The notes beneath the pieces were generated by a model, which saw nothing but the letters and a program-made list of their open reading frames with translations, was not told the DNA's origin and did no database searches. From Chiloscyllium plagiosum (lineage: Eukaryota), in contig NC_057720.1 in NCBI RefSeq assembly GCF_004010195.1, forward strand, positions 8,552,688-8,616,687: 64,000 bases of DNA, in the 5' to 3' direction. Both the position numbers and the translations under genes were made by a program. Numbering within the stretch: the first letter of the stretch is position 1; each line of letters opens with the position of its first letter. Positions 52,166 through 63,892 of this stretch are shown piece after piece.

Positions 52166-53409
52166 AATAGAGTTAATATTTTCAGTCCAGCGACTTTCCT
52201 TCAGAACCTTTGCATGCTTATTGCTTTTGGTAAGTGTAAATGAGCACATTACAAACACAGCTGCTGGCATTTGTTGTCAGTGTAATTCTTAGCTCACCTA
52301 GGGTCGTTAGGTAAAAGACATTCCATGAACGGAACTGTATCAGGAGTTCATATATATATGTCCCCCAAACAGTTACTCTGAACGTTTGAATTAAAGTTCA
52401 GTAACCTTACCCTTGTCCATCACCAGTATACAATAATGTGAGATGGTACAGCAACTTGTAAATAAAATAGCCCCGATAATTACAACATCCAAAGATCAAA
52501 TCATCTTTGTCCCTACATACAATACGCAAGTAAGATAAATTCTGTCACCTTAACATTTGAAAATTAACATTGCATCAATACTGATTCAAGGAGACTTAAG
52601 GTTCGACAATGTAGAGGACCCTTGCTGAGATATAGTTTAAAGAATATAGCTTTGAAGAATTTAGCTTTGAATTAATTATCAGTGTTTCATCTCTGCAAAA
52701 TTGTTCTGAAGTCTGGAGCCAAGATTAAAGGTGATGCATAGATTCAGAAACATTGGGTTTGAAAATATCCAAGAATTAGAATCAAACTTCAATCCAAATT
52801 TCACAGGCTTAGCACAAGATTAATCGAGTGTCATTAGACATTGCAAGGTGAAGTGATTTGAGTGGCATGTCAAGTCCATTATGCATCTTCATCTGTGATG
52901 CTGCACTTTCTAATCAGGCAGTCAGGACCTCCTGATGAACTGTCACTTCTTTTTGTAAATCAAAACAAAAGGCTCAATTCAGTCCATGTCACATAGCATT
53001 CCTGATGAAAAAGAATAAGGACCAATCTAAAGTATAAATATTTAGTTGGAGAATGGACACATTCAGGGAGGTACGAAGTGATCCATCCAGGTAAATTAGA
53101 ATGGGAGACTGTCAGGCAAATCTGTAAAAGGAAATTGGGTTGTGCTTAAAGAGGGGATTGTGCGGGTAGAGTTGGGGTATATTTTCATGAGCCGAATAGA
53201 ACAACCAAAGCCAAAGTTTCTTAGATAGTTAGAGGAAGAGTGTAATAATTTTTCAGAGTCAAGCCGATTATGGAATCCTTTAATAATGGATGGAATCCAG
53301 ATGTAAAAGTCTAATCCGCATTTATGGCAAATCCCACCACACTCTCAGATAGTGCATTTCCTGTCCCACCACTTCTACGAGGAGAGGGGGAAAGGTGATC
53401 AATAACAGC

Positions 53410-55418
53410 TGTTATGAAGTTGTAGGTGTGTACTGTACCTTTAAGAGAGAGTGAAAATTGGCAAGCCTACCATGGACAGTGAAGAAGATTACCTCAGATT
53501 GCAACAGAATTTTGACCAGATGGGTCAATGGACTGAGAAGTGGCAGATGGAGGTTATTTCAGATAAATGCATGGTGCTGCATTTCGGAAAAGCAAATCCT
53601 AGCAGGGCTTATACACTTAATGCTTAGGTCCTAGGGAGTGTTGCTGAACAAAGAGACCTTAGAGTGCAGGTTCATAGCTCCTTGAAAGTGGAGTCACAGG
53701 TAGATAGGGTAGTGAGGTGTATGAGGATGTTTTCATGGAAGGTGGTTGAGTAGGTTAGGTTTATTTTCACTAGAAAAAAGGAGATTAAGGGGGGACCTGA
53801 TTGAGGTTTACAAAATCATGAAGGATATAGAGAGGGTGGATAGAGACAAGCTTTTTCCCAGGGTGAAGGATTCAGTAACAAGAGGTCATGCTTTCAAGAT
53901 GAGAGGTGGAAACATTTAAGGGGGATACACGCGGTAAGTACTTCACAAGAGGATGGTGGGTGTTTGGAACGCATTGCCAGCAGAGATGGTAGAGGCAGGC
54001 ATGGTAGATTCATTTAAGATGCATCTGGACAGATGGGGAGCAGAGGGATACAAATGCTTAGGAATTGACCGACAGGTTTAGACAGTACATCTGGTTCGGC
54101 TCAGGCTCGGAGAGCCTGGGCTGCAAATTTTCTTTGTTCTTTGTTCTTTGAAGAAGGAGTTTCGTATGCTTAACTTTATTGGTCAGAGTATTGACTACAG
54201 GCGTTGGGCGGTCATGTTGCAGCTGTACAGGACATCGGTTCAGCCACATTTGGAATATGCCATGCAATTCTGGTCTCCTTCCTATTGGAAAGATGTTGTG
54301 AAACTTGAAAGATTTACAAGGATGTTGCCAGGGTTGGAGGATTTGAACTATAGGGAGAAGCTGAACAGGCTGGGGCTGTTTACTCTGGACGCTGAGGGGT
54401 GACCTTATAGAGGTTTACAAAATTATGAGGGGCATGGATAGGGTAAATAGGCAAAGTCTTTTCCCTGGGGTCAGGCAGGCTAGAACTAAAGGGCATAGGT
54501 TTAGGGTGAGAGGGGAAAGATATGAAAAAGACTCATGGGGCATCTTTTTCATGTAGAGGGTGGTACATGTATGGAATGAGCTGCCAGATGATGTGGTGAA
54601 GGCTGGTACAATTGCAACATTTAAGAGGCATTTGGATGGGTATAGGAATAAGAAGGGTTTGGAGGGATATGGGCCGGGTGCTGGCAAGTGGGACTAGATT
54701 GGGTTGGGATATCTGATTGGCATGGACGGGTTGGACCGAAGGGTCTGTTTCCATGCTGTACATCTCTATGACTCTATGACTCTATGTGACTGACTGCAGG
54801 CACAGAGTGTGCCAGATAATTTGAAGATGTAACATTTGAGATGTGGCTCATTTACTGAGTTGGTGCACAACAATTCAAATTTAGCCAATCAGTTTAAATT
54901 ATGCCCATGATACAAAACCCAATCAAATTTGGATTTTACTGTTTTGATGACATCAAACCAATGAAATGATCTGATGTTTTGGGGTCTAAAAATCAGGCAT
55001 TTTGAACAGTTAACCAGAGAGGCAAAGAGCACCAATACAGACTGCCTGCAGATCTGCTCTCTGAAAGGTACCATTATCTGCCTGTGCGACAAAAGACTGA
55101 AGAAAAGAAGGCAGGAAGACACAAAGGGAAGATTGACAGCTGGCTGATTTTGAAACTTGTTTTGTAAATCTTCGTTGGGGATTTTATCAGATCAGTATAT
55201 TGTTGTTGGGTGGGAGGTAGATAAATTGATCAGACAAAGGAGGCTTACAGTGTTGTTTAATGTTCTTTTTTTTGGAGTTACAGAATACATTTTCTTTCTT
55301 TAAATAATGGTATTTGGGTAATTTTTTGTCACTCATATATTAACAGATTATGAGGTGAGGTGAGCTTTTTTGTATGTCTGGTTTAAAATCACAGAGGGGT
55401 TTACTCCCTGTTGTAATA
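53410..55418 (+). mobile_element. Solo LTR interrupted by nested CR1 fragments (53472-54785)
   Basis: tgttatg...gtaata termini and perfect TSD cagc at 53406-53409 and 55419-55422. Contains gattatgaggtgaggtgagctt, as at 17404. Confidence 0.8.
53472..54785 (+). mobile_element. CR1 3' fragment with a second CR1-subfamily fragment inserted at ~53717-54150
   Basis: EKWQME..PHLEYAMQFWSPSYWKDVVKLE. Two distinct tails, (tttgttc)n and (ctatgact)n. Confidence 0.85.
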
Positions 55419-55819
55419 CAGCCAAAAGAAAACCCTTTGCTAAAATGCTCTGATTGACTTGCCATCCAGTGTAGGTTTGAAAAAAAGTCATGACAATTTT
55501 TTCTTACCATTCCAATGGTCCTCTTTATTGACATTTGCCAAGATCTGTAATTAAAGTTGGTTTTATCATTGTTACTTTGTTATGTTTCCAAAACCACTTA
55601 TTACAGCAAGTGGAATGCCTTAAGTACCAACTTGATGGACAGTTTAAAGAGGCTGTTAAAGGATTAACTATCCTTAACATGTTTGCTGATTGGAAGTCTG
55701 TTTATTTAAAAACCACAAGAAATTGAACTTGGCAGGATTTAATATATTTATATGCTTCCAAACATAAGGTGTAAACCTTTCTAGTATTGTAGTCTGAGTG
55801 AGACATCATAGAGTGTTAG

Positions 55820-56232
55820 AAGTCTGGGATCATTTTCTACTGGAGAATGGGAAGTTGAGAGGTGACTTTATAGAGGTTTATCAAATCATGAGGAATGTCG
55901 ATAAAGTTAATGGTTGGTATCTTTTTCCAAGGATGGGGGATTTCAAGACTATGGGACATATTTTCAAGGTGAGAGGAGGGAGATTTAAAATAAAACAGGG
56001 GCAATTTTTTATGCAGAGGTTAGTTCACATGTGGAATGAACTTCCCGAGGAAGTGATAGATATGGCCACAGTTACAACGTTTAAAAGACAGTTGAACAAG
56101 TCAAGGAATAGGGAAGGTTTAGAAGGATATGGCCCAGGAGCAAGCAGGTGGGACTAGCTTCGTTTGGGATTATGCTTAGCACGGACTGGTTGGACTGAAG
56201 GGCCTGTTTCCGTGCTGTATGACTCTATGACT
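55820..56232 (+). mobile_element. CR1 3' fragment
   Basis: ORF 55798-56157: KLRGDFIEVYQIM..WNELPEEV. Tail tatgactctatgac. Confidence 0.85.
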
Positions 56233-56870
56233 TAATCATTTTTTTCAACGCCATTTGGTTTTTGAGGTTTTTCCTTAGAGGGTACTGGGAGAGTTGTTAA
56301 TGACATTGCATGACGTTATGAATCAGCAATGGAGGGGGCATGTTGTACTCGGGTCAGGTGTGAGGCTGCAATGCTCAGGTTAGGGACTGGGCCACTGTGC
56401 TCAGGTTGAGGTTGGGAACTTCAGTGATGATTAGGACTGGGGCCTGTGGTTCTATCCCCGCACCTGGTGATCACAAACCTATTTCCAGGGATTGGTAAAA
56501 GTATCAATGGTGGCATCAGGAAATGGTTTTCTTAAGCAGGAAGCAGAAAGACAAGAAATGCACTATCTGAGAGTGTGGTGGAGGCACATTCAATTGGAGC
56601 TTTTGAAAAGGGAGTGGGATAAGTTATAACAGCTACAACCAAGCACTGACCTGACCAGGAAAAAAAGAAACTGGTCAGGTTACCAGAAAAATAATTGCGA
56701 GTGTGAGATGAGTTGTTGCGCTTGCAGGAAGCCCGCACAGTCATGATGGATTGAATGGGCTCCTTCTGTGTGCAACCATTCCACAATTTTCCTCCTTTCA
56801 CTAGCATTAAATGTTGAAATGTTGAGTGTGGTCAGAATTCTCCTTCACATAACCTAACTCATTCTATCAG

Positions 56871-56971
56871 CCTTCACTCCATTCATTGGTGATCAGTTAT
56901 TCAGAAGACAGTGGGTTCCCCGAGACTGAGGGACAGCTGCTACTTCAGAGATATCCTCTTTGGGATGAACA
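56871..56971 (+). CDS. Putative internal exon (PSLHSLVISYSEDSGFPETEGQLLLQRYPLWDE)
   Basis: Branch site cctaac, ttctatcag| acceptor, ACA|gtgagt donor. 101 nt open, phase 0 to 2. Confidence 0.6.
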
Positions 56972-57124
56972 GTGAGTTACTAAGTAGATCTGTTGGTGTG
57001 CATCTCATGGCACGAGTGTGAAGACAGTGCACTGAGTTCCTCTGGTCCCTCCACCAAACTCTGTTCCTCAATTCACCCGGCAGCACAGGGTTGGGCGGGG
57101 GGTTATGGAGGGAGAGCGAGCCAG

Positions 57125-59285
57125 CTATTCAAGATGGTGGCACCAACATGGGAGGGCCATCCACTCCAGGCTGGCTGCATTCTTTGTCTCTTCTTTTTTC
57201 CTGTTATCTCCCCTTCTCCTCTTTTTAGAATTACTTCCCTTGAATTCTAGAGAGAAAGGCAGCAGTGATGATGACATCACAGGGAGCATGGCAGTGGCTG
57301 TGGATCCCAAGCCATCTGAGTTGGAGATCCGGTGTGGGGGGGATGGCTGTGGATCCTGAGAGTGTGAGTTGGAGATCCGGTGTGGGGAGACGGCTGTGGA
57401 TCCTGAGAGTGTGAGTTGGAGATCTGGTGTGGGGAGATGGCTGTGGATCCTGAGAGTATGAGTTGGAGATCCAGTGAGGGGGGGATGGCTGTGGATCCTG
57501 AGCAGTATGAGTTGTGATCCAGTGAGGGGAAACAGCTGGGGATCCTGAGCCGTGTGAGTTGGAAATCCAGTGAGGGGAAACAGCTGTGGGTCCTGAGCAG
57601 TGTGAGTTGGAGATCCGGTGTGGGGAGATGGCTGTGGATCCTGAGAGTGTGAGTTGGAGATCCGGTGTGGGGAGATAGCTGTGGATCCTGAGAGTGTGAG
57701 TTGGAGATCCAGTGTGGGGAGATGGCTGTGGATCCTGAGAGTGTGAGTTGGAGATCCAGTGTGGGGGGATGGCTGTGGATCCTGTGCAGTGTGAGTTGTG
57801 ATCCAGTGAGGGGAAACGGCTGGGGATCCTGAGCCGTGTGAGTTGGTGATCGGGTGTGGGGAGATAGCTGAGGATCCTGAGAGTGTGAGTTGGAGATCCG
57901 GTGTGGGGAAATGGCTGTGGATCCTGAGCAGTGTGAGTTGGAGATCCGGTGTGGGGAGATAGCTGAGGATCCTGAGAGTGTGAGTTGGAGATCCAGTGTG
58001 GGGAAACGGCTGTGGATCCTGAGCAGTGTGAGTTGGTGATCGGGTGTGTGGAGACGGCTGAGGATCCTGAGAGTGTGAGTTGGAGATCCAGTGTGGGGAA
58101 ACGGCTGGGGATCCTGAACAGTGTGAGTTGGAAATCCAGTGAGGGGAAACAGCTGTGGATCCTGAGCAGTGTGAATTGGAGATCCAGTGTGGGGAAACGG
58201 CTGTGGATCCTGAGCAGTGTGAGTTGGTGATCGGGTGTGGGGAGATGGCTGAGGATCCTGAGAGTGTGAGTTGGAGATCCAGTGTGGGGAAACAGCTGGG
58301 GATCCTGAGCCGTGTGAGTTGGAAATCCAGTGAGGGGAAACAGCTGTGGATCCTGAGCAGTGTGAGTTGGTGATCGGGTGTGGGGAGATGGCTGAGGATC
58401 CTGAGAGTGTGAGTTGGAGATCCGGTGTGGGGAAATGGCTGTGCATCCTGAACAGTGTGAGTTGGTGATCGGGTGTGGGGAGATGGCTGTGGATCCTGAA
58501 CCATGTCAGTTGGAGATCCAGTGAGGGGAAGCAGCTGTGGATCCCGAGCAGTCTCCATTGGCGATCCGGTGCGGGAAAGCAGCTATGGATCCCGAGCAGT
58601 CTCCATTGGAGATCCAGTGTAAGGAAACGGCTATGGATCACAAGGAGTGTGAGTCGGAGATCTGGTGTGGAGACATGGCTATGGATTTGGAGCAATGACA
58701 ATTGGAGATCCGGTGTGGGGAAACGGCTGGGGATCCTGAGCCGTGTGAGTTGGAAATCCAGTGTGGGGAAGCAGCTGTGGATCCTGAGCAGTGTGAGTTG
58801 GAAATCCGGTGTAGGGAGATGGCCGTGGATCCCGAGGCGTGTGAGTTTGAAATCCGGTGTGGGGAGGCAGCTGTGGGTCTGATTCCCACATGGTTAGAGT
58901 GAGCCCTAGGTGTGGGTAATGGAGGGTCTCCCGGTATCTGCAGCATTAACAGCAGGAAGCCTGAGATTTTCCGTAGAGTAGATCAAAGCAGAGGAGACAA
59001 GGTCTCTGCAGGGTGTGCACTTAAGAAAGACAGCTGAACTTTAACCTTTATTCTTTCATTTTTCCACTTAATACTGGGAAGGACTGTAATGTTAACTTTT
59101 AACTTTATTTCTTTTTTTTCTGATAGACTAAGAACAACAGTAATGTTTTACTTTGTTTCTCTACGTTACGACTTTTACCTAAGCTTTGTACCTGGGTACC
59201 TTCCTACCTAAAATGGTGCTGCATGTGGTGGCGTTGAACACTGTTCACTGTACTCCTGTTCGTGAGTACATGTGAAAATAAAGCT
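57125..59285 (+). mobile_element. Non-autonomous retroelement with Rex1-type 3' tail and internal minisatellite
   Basis: 5' caagatggtggc (YY1-like). 3' cactgtactcctg..gagtacatgtgaaaataaa matches the Rex1 ends at about 1080-1108 and 10830-10860. Confidence 0.55.
57295..58880. repeat. Minisatellite, roughly 33 units of 47/48 bp
   Basis: Unit gtgtgagttggagatccRgtgtggggagatggctgtggatcctgag(c)a. Period 47 between 57361 and 57408. Confidence 0.95.
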
Positions 59286-59734
59286 TAAATCACATTGAAT
59301 TATGAAAACAAGAGCTCTGGCCATTTTATTCCCTTGCTGAGTCTGGGTGCTTGCGAATAAAAAAGCATCGGCTCTTCTCTATGTTAAAGCAGTAGCAGCA
59401 TTTTGAAAAGTTATCCACTCACTTTAAACACTATTGGACATCAAAGTTCCTGAAAAAATGTTGTATCAATGCAAAACTTTCTCTCCTTCTGGCAAACACA
59501 TACTTTTAGTCTTGAGCTCAGAGTCCTGAATAGTGATAGCAGACTGCAGCAAGACCAGCAAAATTAGCTGTATTAAATTGCTGAATTAAATATACTTTGA
59601 AAATTATATCTATTAAATTTTTGAAAGAAATGACATTCTGTTAAAACTTTTTCAGGTTGCAGTCATCAGGACAAATGCAAGAATACCAAATTTTAATTGG
59701 AGCAATCATAAATACTGAAATTGTTGTTCCTTTT

Positions 59735-60085
59735 AGAATCACTACAGTGCAGAAATGGGCCATTCAGCCTATACCAACCCTCCAGAGAGCATCCCACCCA
59801 GCTAATCCGATCCCTGTAATAGCTGCATTTCCCATGGCTAAACCACCACCCCCCCAACCCCCAACCTGCACAGCTCTAGATACTAATAGGCAATTTAGCA
59901 TGGCCAATCCATCTAACCTGCACATCATTGGATTGTAGAAGGAAACCAGACCACCCGGAGGAAACCCACGCAGACACGGGGGGAACGTGCAAATTCCACG
60001 CAGACAGTCACTCAAGGCTGAGATTGAACCAGAGTCCCTGGTGCTGAGAGGCAGCAGTGTTAACCACTGAGCCACTGTGCTGCCC
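59735..60085 (-). mobile_element. HE1-type V-SINE
   Basis: Antisense head gcacagtggctcagtggttaacactgctgcc and V-domain. Confidence 0.85.
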
Positions 60086-60560
60086 CAAATTTAGAATTTG
60101 ATATTCTTGCATCTGTCCTGGTGAGTGCAATATCAAAACAAATTCAGTAACATGACTAGGAAACAGTAAGGACTGCATATGTTGGAAGTCAGAGTCAATA
60201 GACATGGAGCTGGAAAAGCACAACAGGACAGACAGCATCCGAGGAACAGGAAAGTCAACGTTTCAGGCAGCAACCACTGGTAGGAGAGGGGGAGGAGGAG
60301 GGGAGCCCAGAAGTAAATAGAGGGAGAGGGGTGGGGCTAGGGGAAGGATAAATGGCAACTGGGAGGTTCTGGTGGAAGAGAGACTCATTGAGCTCTCTTC
60401 GGAGGGAGGAGGTGAACTTCTTCAAGGTGGGCATCCTTAGAAAGGCTTCACTCTTCAATAATATGATTTTTTTTCCAGCAGTGCTCAAGTTCTATCAGGT
60501 TATTTGTTACATTAACTGACTCAGGTATTTAAGGATGATGTTCCTGATCTCGCTTTCAAA

Positions 60561-61269
60561 CGGATGTAGGTTTGCTCGCTGAGCTGGAAGGTTCATTTCC
60601 AGACATTTTGTCGCCCTACTAGGTAACATCTTCAGTGGGCCTCCTGGTGAAGCACTGCTGATGATTCCTGCTTTCTATTTATATGTTTGGGTTTCTTTGG
60701 GTTAGTGATGTCATTTCCGGTGGTGATGCCATTTCCGTTGGTGATATCATTTCCTGTTCTTTTTCTCAGGGGGTGGTAGATGGGGTCTAACTCGATGTGT
60801 TTGTTGATAGAGTTCCAGTTGGAATGCCATGCTTCTCGCAGTTCTCGTGCATGTCTCTGTTTGGCTTGTCCTAGGATGGATGTGTTGTCCCAGTCAAAGT
60901 GGTGTCCTTCCTTATCTGTATGCAAGGATACTTGTGAGAGAGGGTCATGCCGTTTTGTGGCTAATTGATGTTCAAGTATCCTGGTGGCTAGTTTTCTGCC
61001 TATTTGTTCAAAGTTTGTTACAGTTCTTGCACGATATTTTGTAAGTTTGTAGTTTTCTTTGCTTGTTGGGTTGGTGAAATGACATCGCTAACCCAAAGAA
61101 ATCCAACCATGTAAATAGAAAGCAGGAATCATCAGCAGTGCTCCACCCAGAGGCCCACTGAAGATGTTACCTAGTAGGGTGACAAAACGCCGAAAAATGA
61201 ACCTTCCAGCTCAGCGAGCAAATCTATATCCAAAACCTCAACCTGAGCTACAAATCTTCTGAAAACTTG
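60561..61269 (-). mobile_element. Penelope/Poseidon-type PLE 3' fragment with inverted terminal repeat (family D)
   Basis: ORF 60632-60925: HTDKEGHHFDWDNTSILGQAKQRHARELREAWHS (GIY-YIG C-terminus). Arms 60565-60710 / 61085-61230. TSD ctcSctttcaaa. Confidence 0.9.
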
Positions 61270-61439
61270 CTCCCTTTCAAATCTCTAAGTCTGACCTGCT
61301 GACAGGCTAGGTGGACTTGCAATAGATTTGTTACATTTTAAGAAGCTGGGAGTGCAGGAGTGAATTTAGGGCATGTGGTTGATGCTTGACAGAATTTTTC
61401 TGAGCCTGTAACTTTGGGGGCCATGCTTTTGGCTAAACT

Positions 61440-63545
61440 TGGAACTATAATGTTGTGGCCGTTTTGGAGTCTCGGATATCATAGGATGTTCCAGGGTTTA
61501 GATGTTTCAAAAGGAATGGGGGGAGGTAAAAGAGGTGGAGGAGTGGCATTGCTAATCAGGGATAGTATCACAGAAAGGGAGGCCGTCAAGGAGGGTTTGT
61601 CTGCTGAGTCAGTATGGGTGGGAGTCAGAAACAGGAAAGGAGCAGTCACATTTTCGGAAGTTTTCTATAGACCACCCAATAGTAACAGAGACACAGAGGA
61701 GCAGATTAAGGAGGCAGACTTTGGAAAGGTACAGAAGTAACAGGGTTGTTGTCATGGGTGACTTTAGTTTCCTTAATCTTGCTTGGAACTTCCTTAATTC
61801 AAATATTTTGGATGGAGCAGTTTTTGTCAGGTGCATTCATGAATGACTCCTCACTCAATATGTAGATTGGCCAACTAGAGAGGAGGCCATATTGGATTTG
61901 GTGCTTGGTAATGATGACGCCAGATATCAGATCTCTCAGTGGGAGAGCATTCCAGTGATAGTGATCACAGCTCCCTGACCTTTCCTCTCGTCATGGAGAG
62001 GGTTGGGAGCAGATAATATGGGAAAGTATTTAATTGGGGGAGGGGGAATTATAATGTTATTAGGCAGGAACTGGGGAACCTAAATTGGGAACAGTTGTTC
62101 TCAAGGAAATGCACAACAGAAATGTAGAGGTTGTTTAGGAAGCACCTGCTGATAGAGCTGAACAGGTTTGTCCCACTGGGGCAAGGAAGGGGTTGTAAGG
62201 TGAAGGAAACTTGTGTGACAAGGGATGTGGAACATCTAGTCAAGAGGAAGAAGAAAGCTTACTTAAGGTTCAGGAGGCATGGATCAGACAGGGCTCTAGA
62301 GGATTACAAGATAGCCAGGAAGGAACTGAAGAATGGACTTAGGAGAGCTAGAAGGGGGGATCAAAAGCTTTAGAGGGTGGAATAAGGAAAACCCTAAGGC
62401 ATTCTACACTTACGTGAGGAGTAAGAGGATGACCAGAGTGAGGATAGGGCTGATCAGGGATAGTGGAGGGAGCTTGTGCCTAGAGTTGGAGGGGTTAGAG
62501 GAGGTCCTTAATGAATACTAAAGGAAATGAAGGCAGAGGATTGTAGTAGATGGAAAGTATTCAGCCTGGAGCTTGGTGACCAATGGTGTTCCACAGGGAT
62601 TGGTTCTGGAACCTCTGCTGTTTGTGAATTTTATAAATGACTTGGATGAAGATGTAGAAGGGTGGATTAGTAACTTTGTTGATAACATGAAGGTTGGTGG
62701 AGTGGTGGATAGTGTGGAGGGCTGTTGTAGTTGCAATGGATGTTGACAGGACGCAGAGCTGATAAGTGGCATTTGGAGTTCAACCTGGAAAAGTGTGAAG
62801 TGATTCATTTTGGGAGGTCAAAGCTTTCAGGGTTAAAGGCAGTGTGGAGGAACAGAGGGATCTTTGGTGTCCGTGTCCATAGATCCCTCAAAGTTGCCAC
62901 CCAAGTTGACAGTTGTTAAAAAGGCAAAAGCTGTGTTGGCTTTCATTATCAGGGGGATTGAGTTTAAGAGCCACGAGGTTATGCTGCAGGTCTACAGAGG
63001 CCTGGTTAGACCACACTTGGAATATTGTGTTCAGTTCGAGTCGTCTTATTATAGGAAGGATGTGGAAATTTTAGAGAGGGTGCAGAGGAGATTTGCTAGG
63101 ATGCTGCCTGGACTGGAGGGGCATTTCTTATGAAGAAAGGTTGAGGGAGCTAAGGCTTTTCTCATTGGGGTGAAGAAGGGTGAGAGGTGACTTGATAGAG
63201 ATGTACAGATGATGAGAGGCATAGGTGGAGTGGATAGCCAAACACTTTTTCCCAGGATATAAATGGCTATCACAAGGGGGGGCATAATTCTAAGGTGATT
63301 GGAGGAAGGTTTAGGGAAGATGGCAGAGGTCAGTTCTTTACACAGAAAGTTGTGGGTGTGTGGAATGCACTGTCAGCGGTGGTAGTAGAGTCAGATTCAT
63401 TGGGAAATTTAAGCAACTCTTGGATAGGTACATGGATGAAAGTAAAATGAAGAGTATGTAGGTTAGTTTGATCTTAGAGTCGGATAAAAGGTCGGCACAA
63501 CATCAAGGGCCGAAGGGCCTGTACTGTGCTGTACTGTTCTATGCT
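61440..63545 (+). mobile_element. CR1 LINE ORF2 with an internal deletion (junction near 62520)
   Basis: APE GGGVALLI..YRPPNS..MGDF. RT GVPQGLVL..FINDLD, RPHLEYCVQF. Tail gtactgttctatg. Confidence 0.9.
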
Positions 63546-63686
63546 ACTGGTGGCTGTACAGTATTCTTTTGGAGTACAATTGGCTTAAGTAGCCCCTAGT
63601 CGGGCAAATCCTGCTTCGTATCCAGGGTCTGAATGGGAAAAGTCATTTGTCTCAGAAACAAAGTAGCTTACTCTTTGATAACAAGA

Positions 63687-63892
63687 CAGGGGTCCCCGAC
63701 TTACAAACATCTGATATATTAATGCTCATACTTATGATTCACATGTAGGGATGTCATTTTAAAGAGCCCACATATGCAAATCTCCTGTACTTAGAAAAGG
63801 CTCCTTTACATTATGCTGCTTTGTGTTTTGATTTGCATTTAGACTTACTACAGATTCAGGAAGGAAACCATTCACCATCTGGGCACTGCCTG
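63687..63892. mobile_element. Probable Tigger-type MITE (degenerate)
   Basis: caggggtccccgacttacaaac versus tctgggcactgcctg terminal inverted match. Confidence 0.45.

Noticed and set aside
52300..53300. Non-repetitive-looking stretch suspected to be a viral or env fossil
   Set aside because: I could not recover any recognisable motif by eye. It needs a translated HMM search.
55607..55726. Exon-like segment after ttattacag (QVECLKYQLDGQ.. or KWNALSTNLMDSLKRLLKD*)
   Set aside because: There is no convincing donor and the frame is ambiguous. It could be an alternative last exon, but I cannot support that.
57125..58701. 477-aa and 474-aa minus-strand ORFs
   Set aside because: These are translations of the 47/48-bp minisatellite. 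The same peptides recur in all frames, so the openness reflects a stop-free repeat unit.
57295..58880. CRISPR-like regular repeat array
   Set aside because: Units are head-to-tail with no unique spacers, there are no cas genes, and the context is vertebrate.
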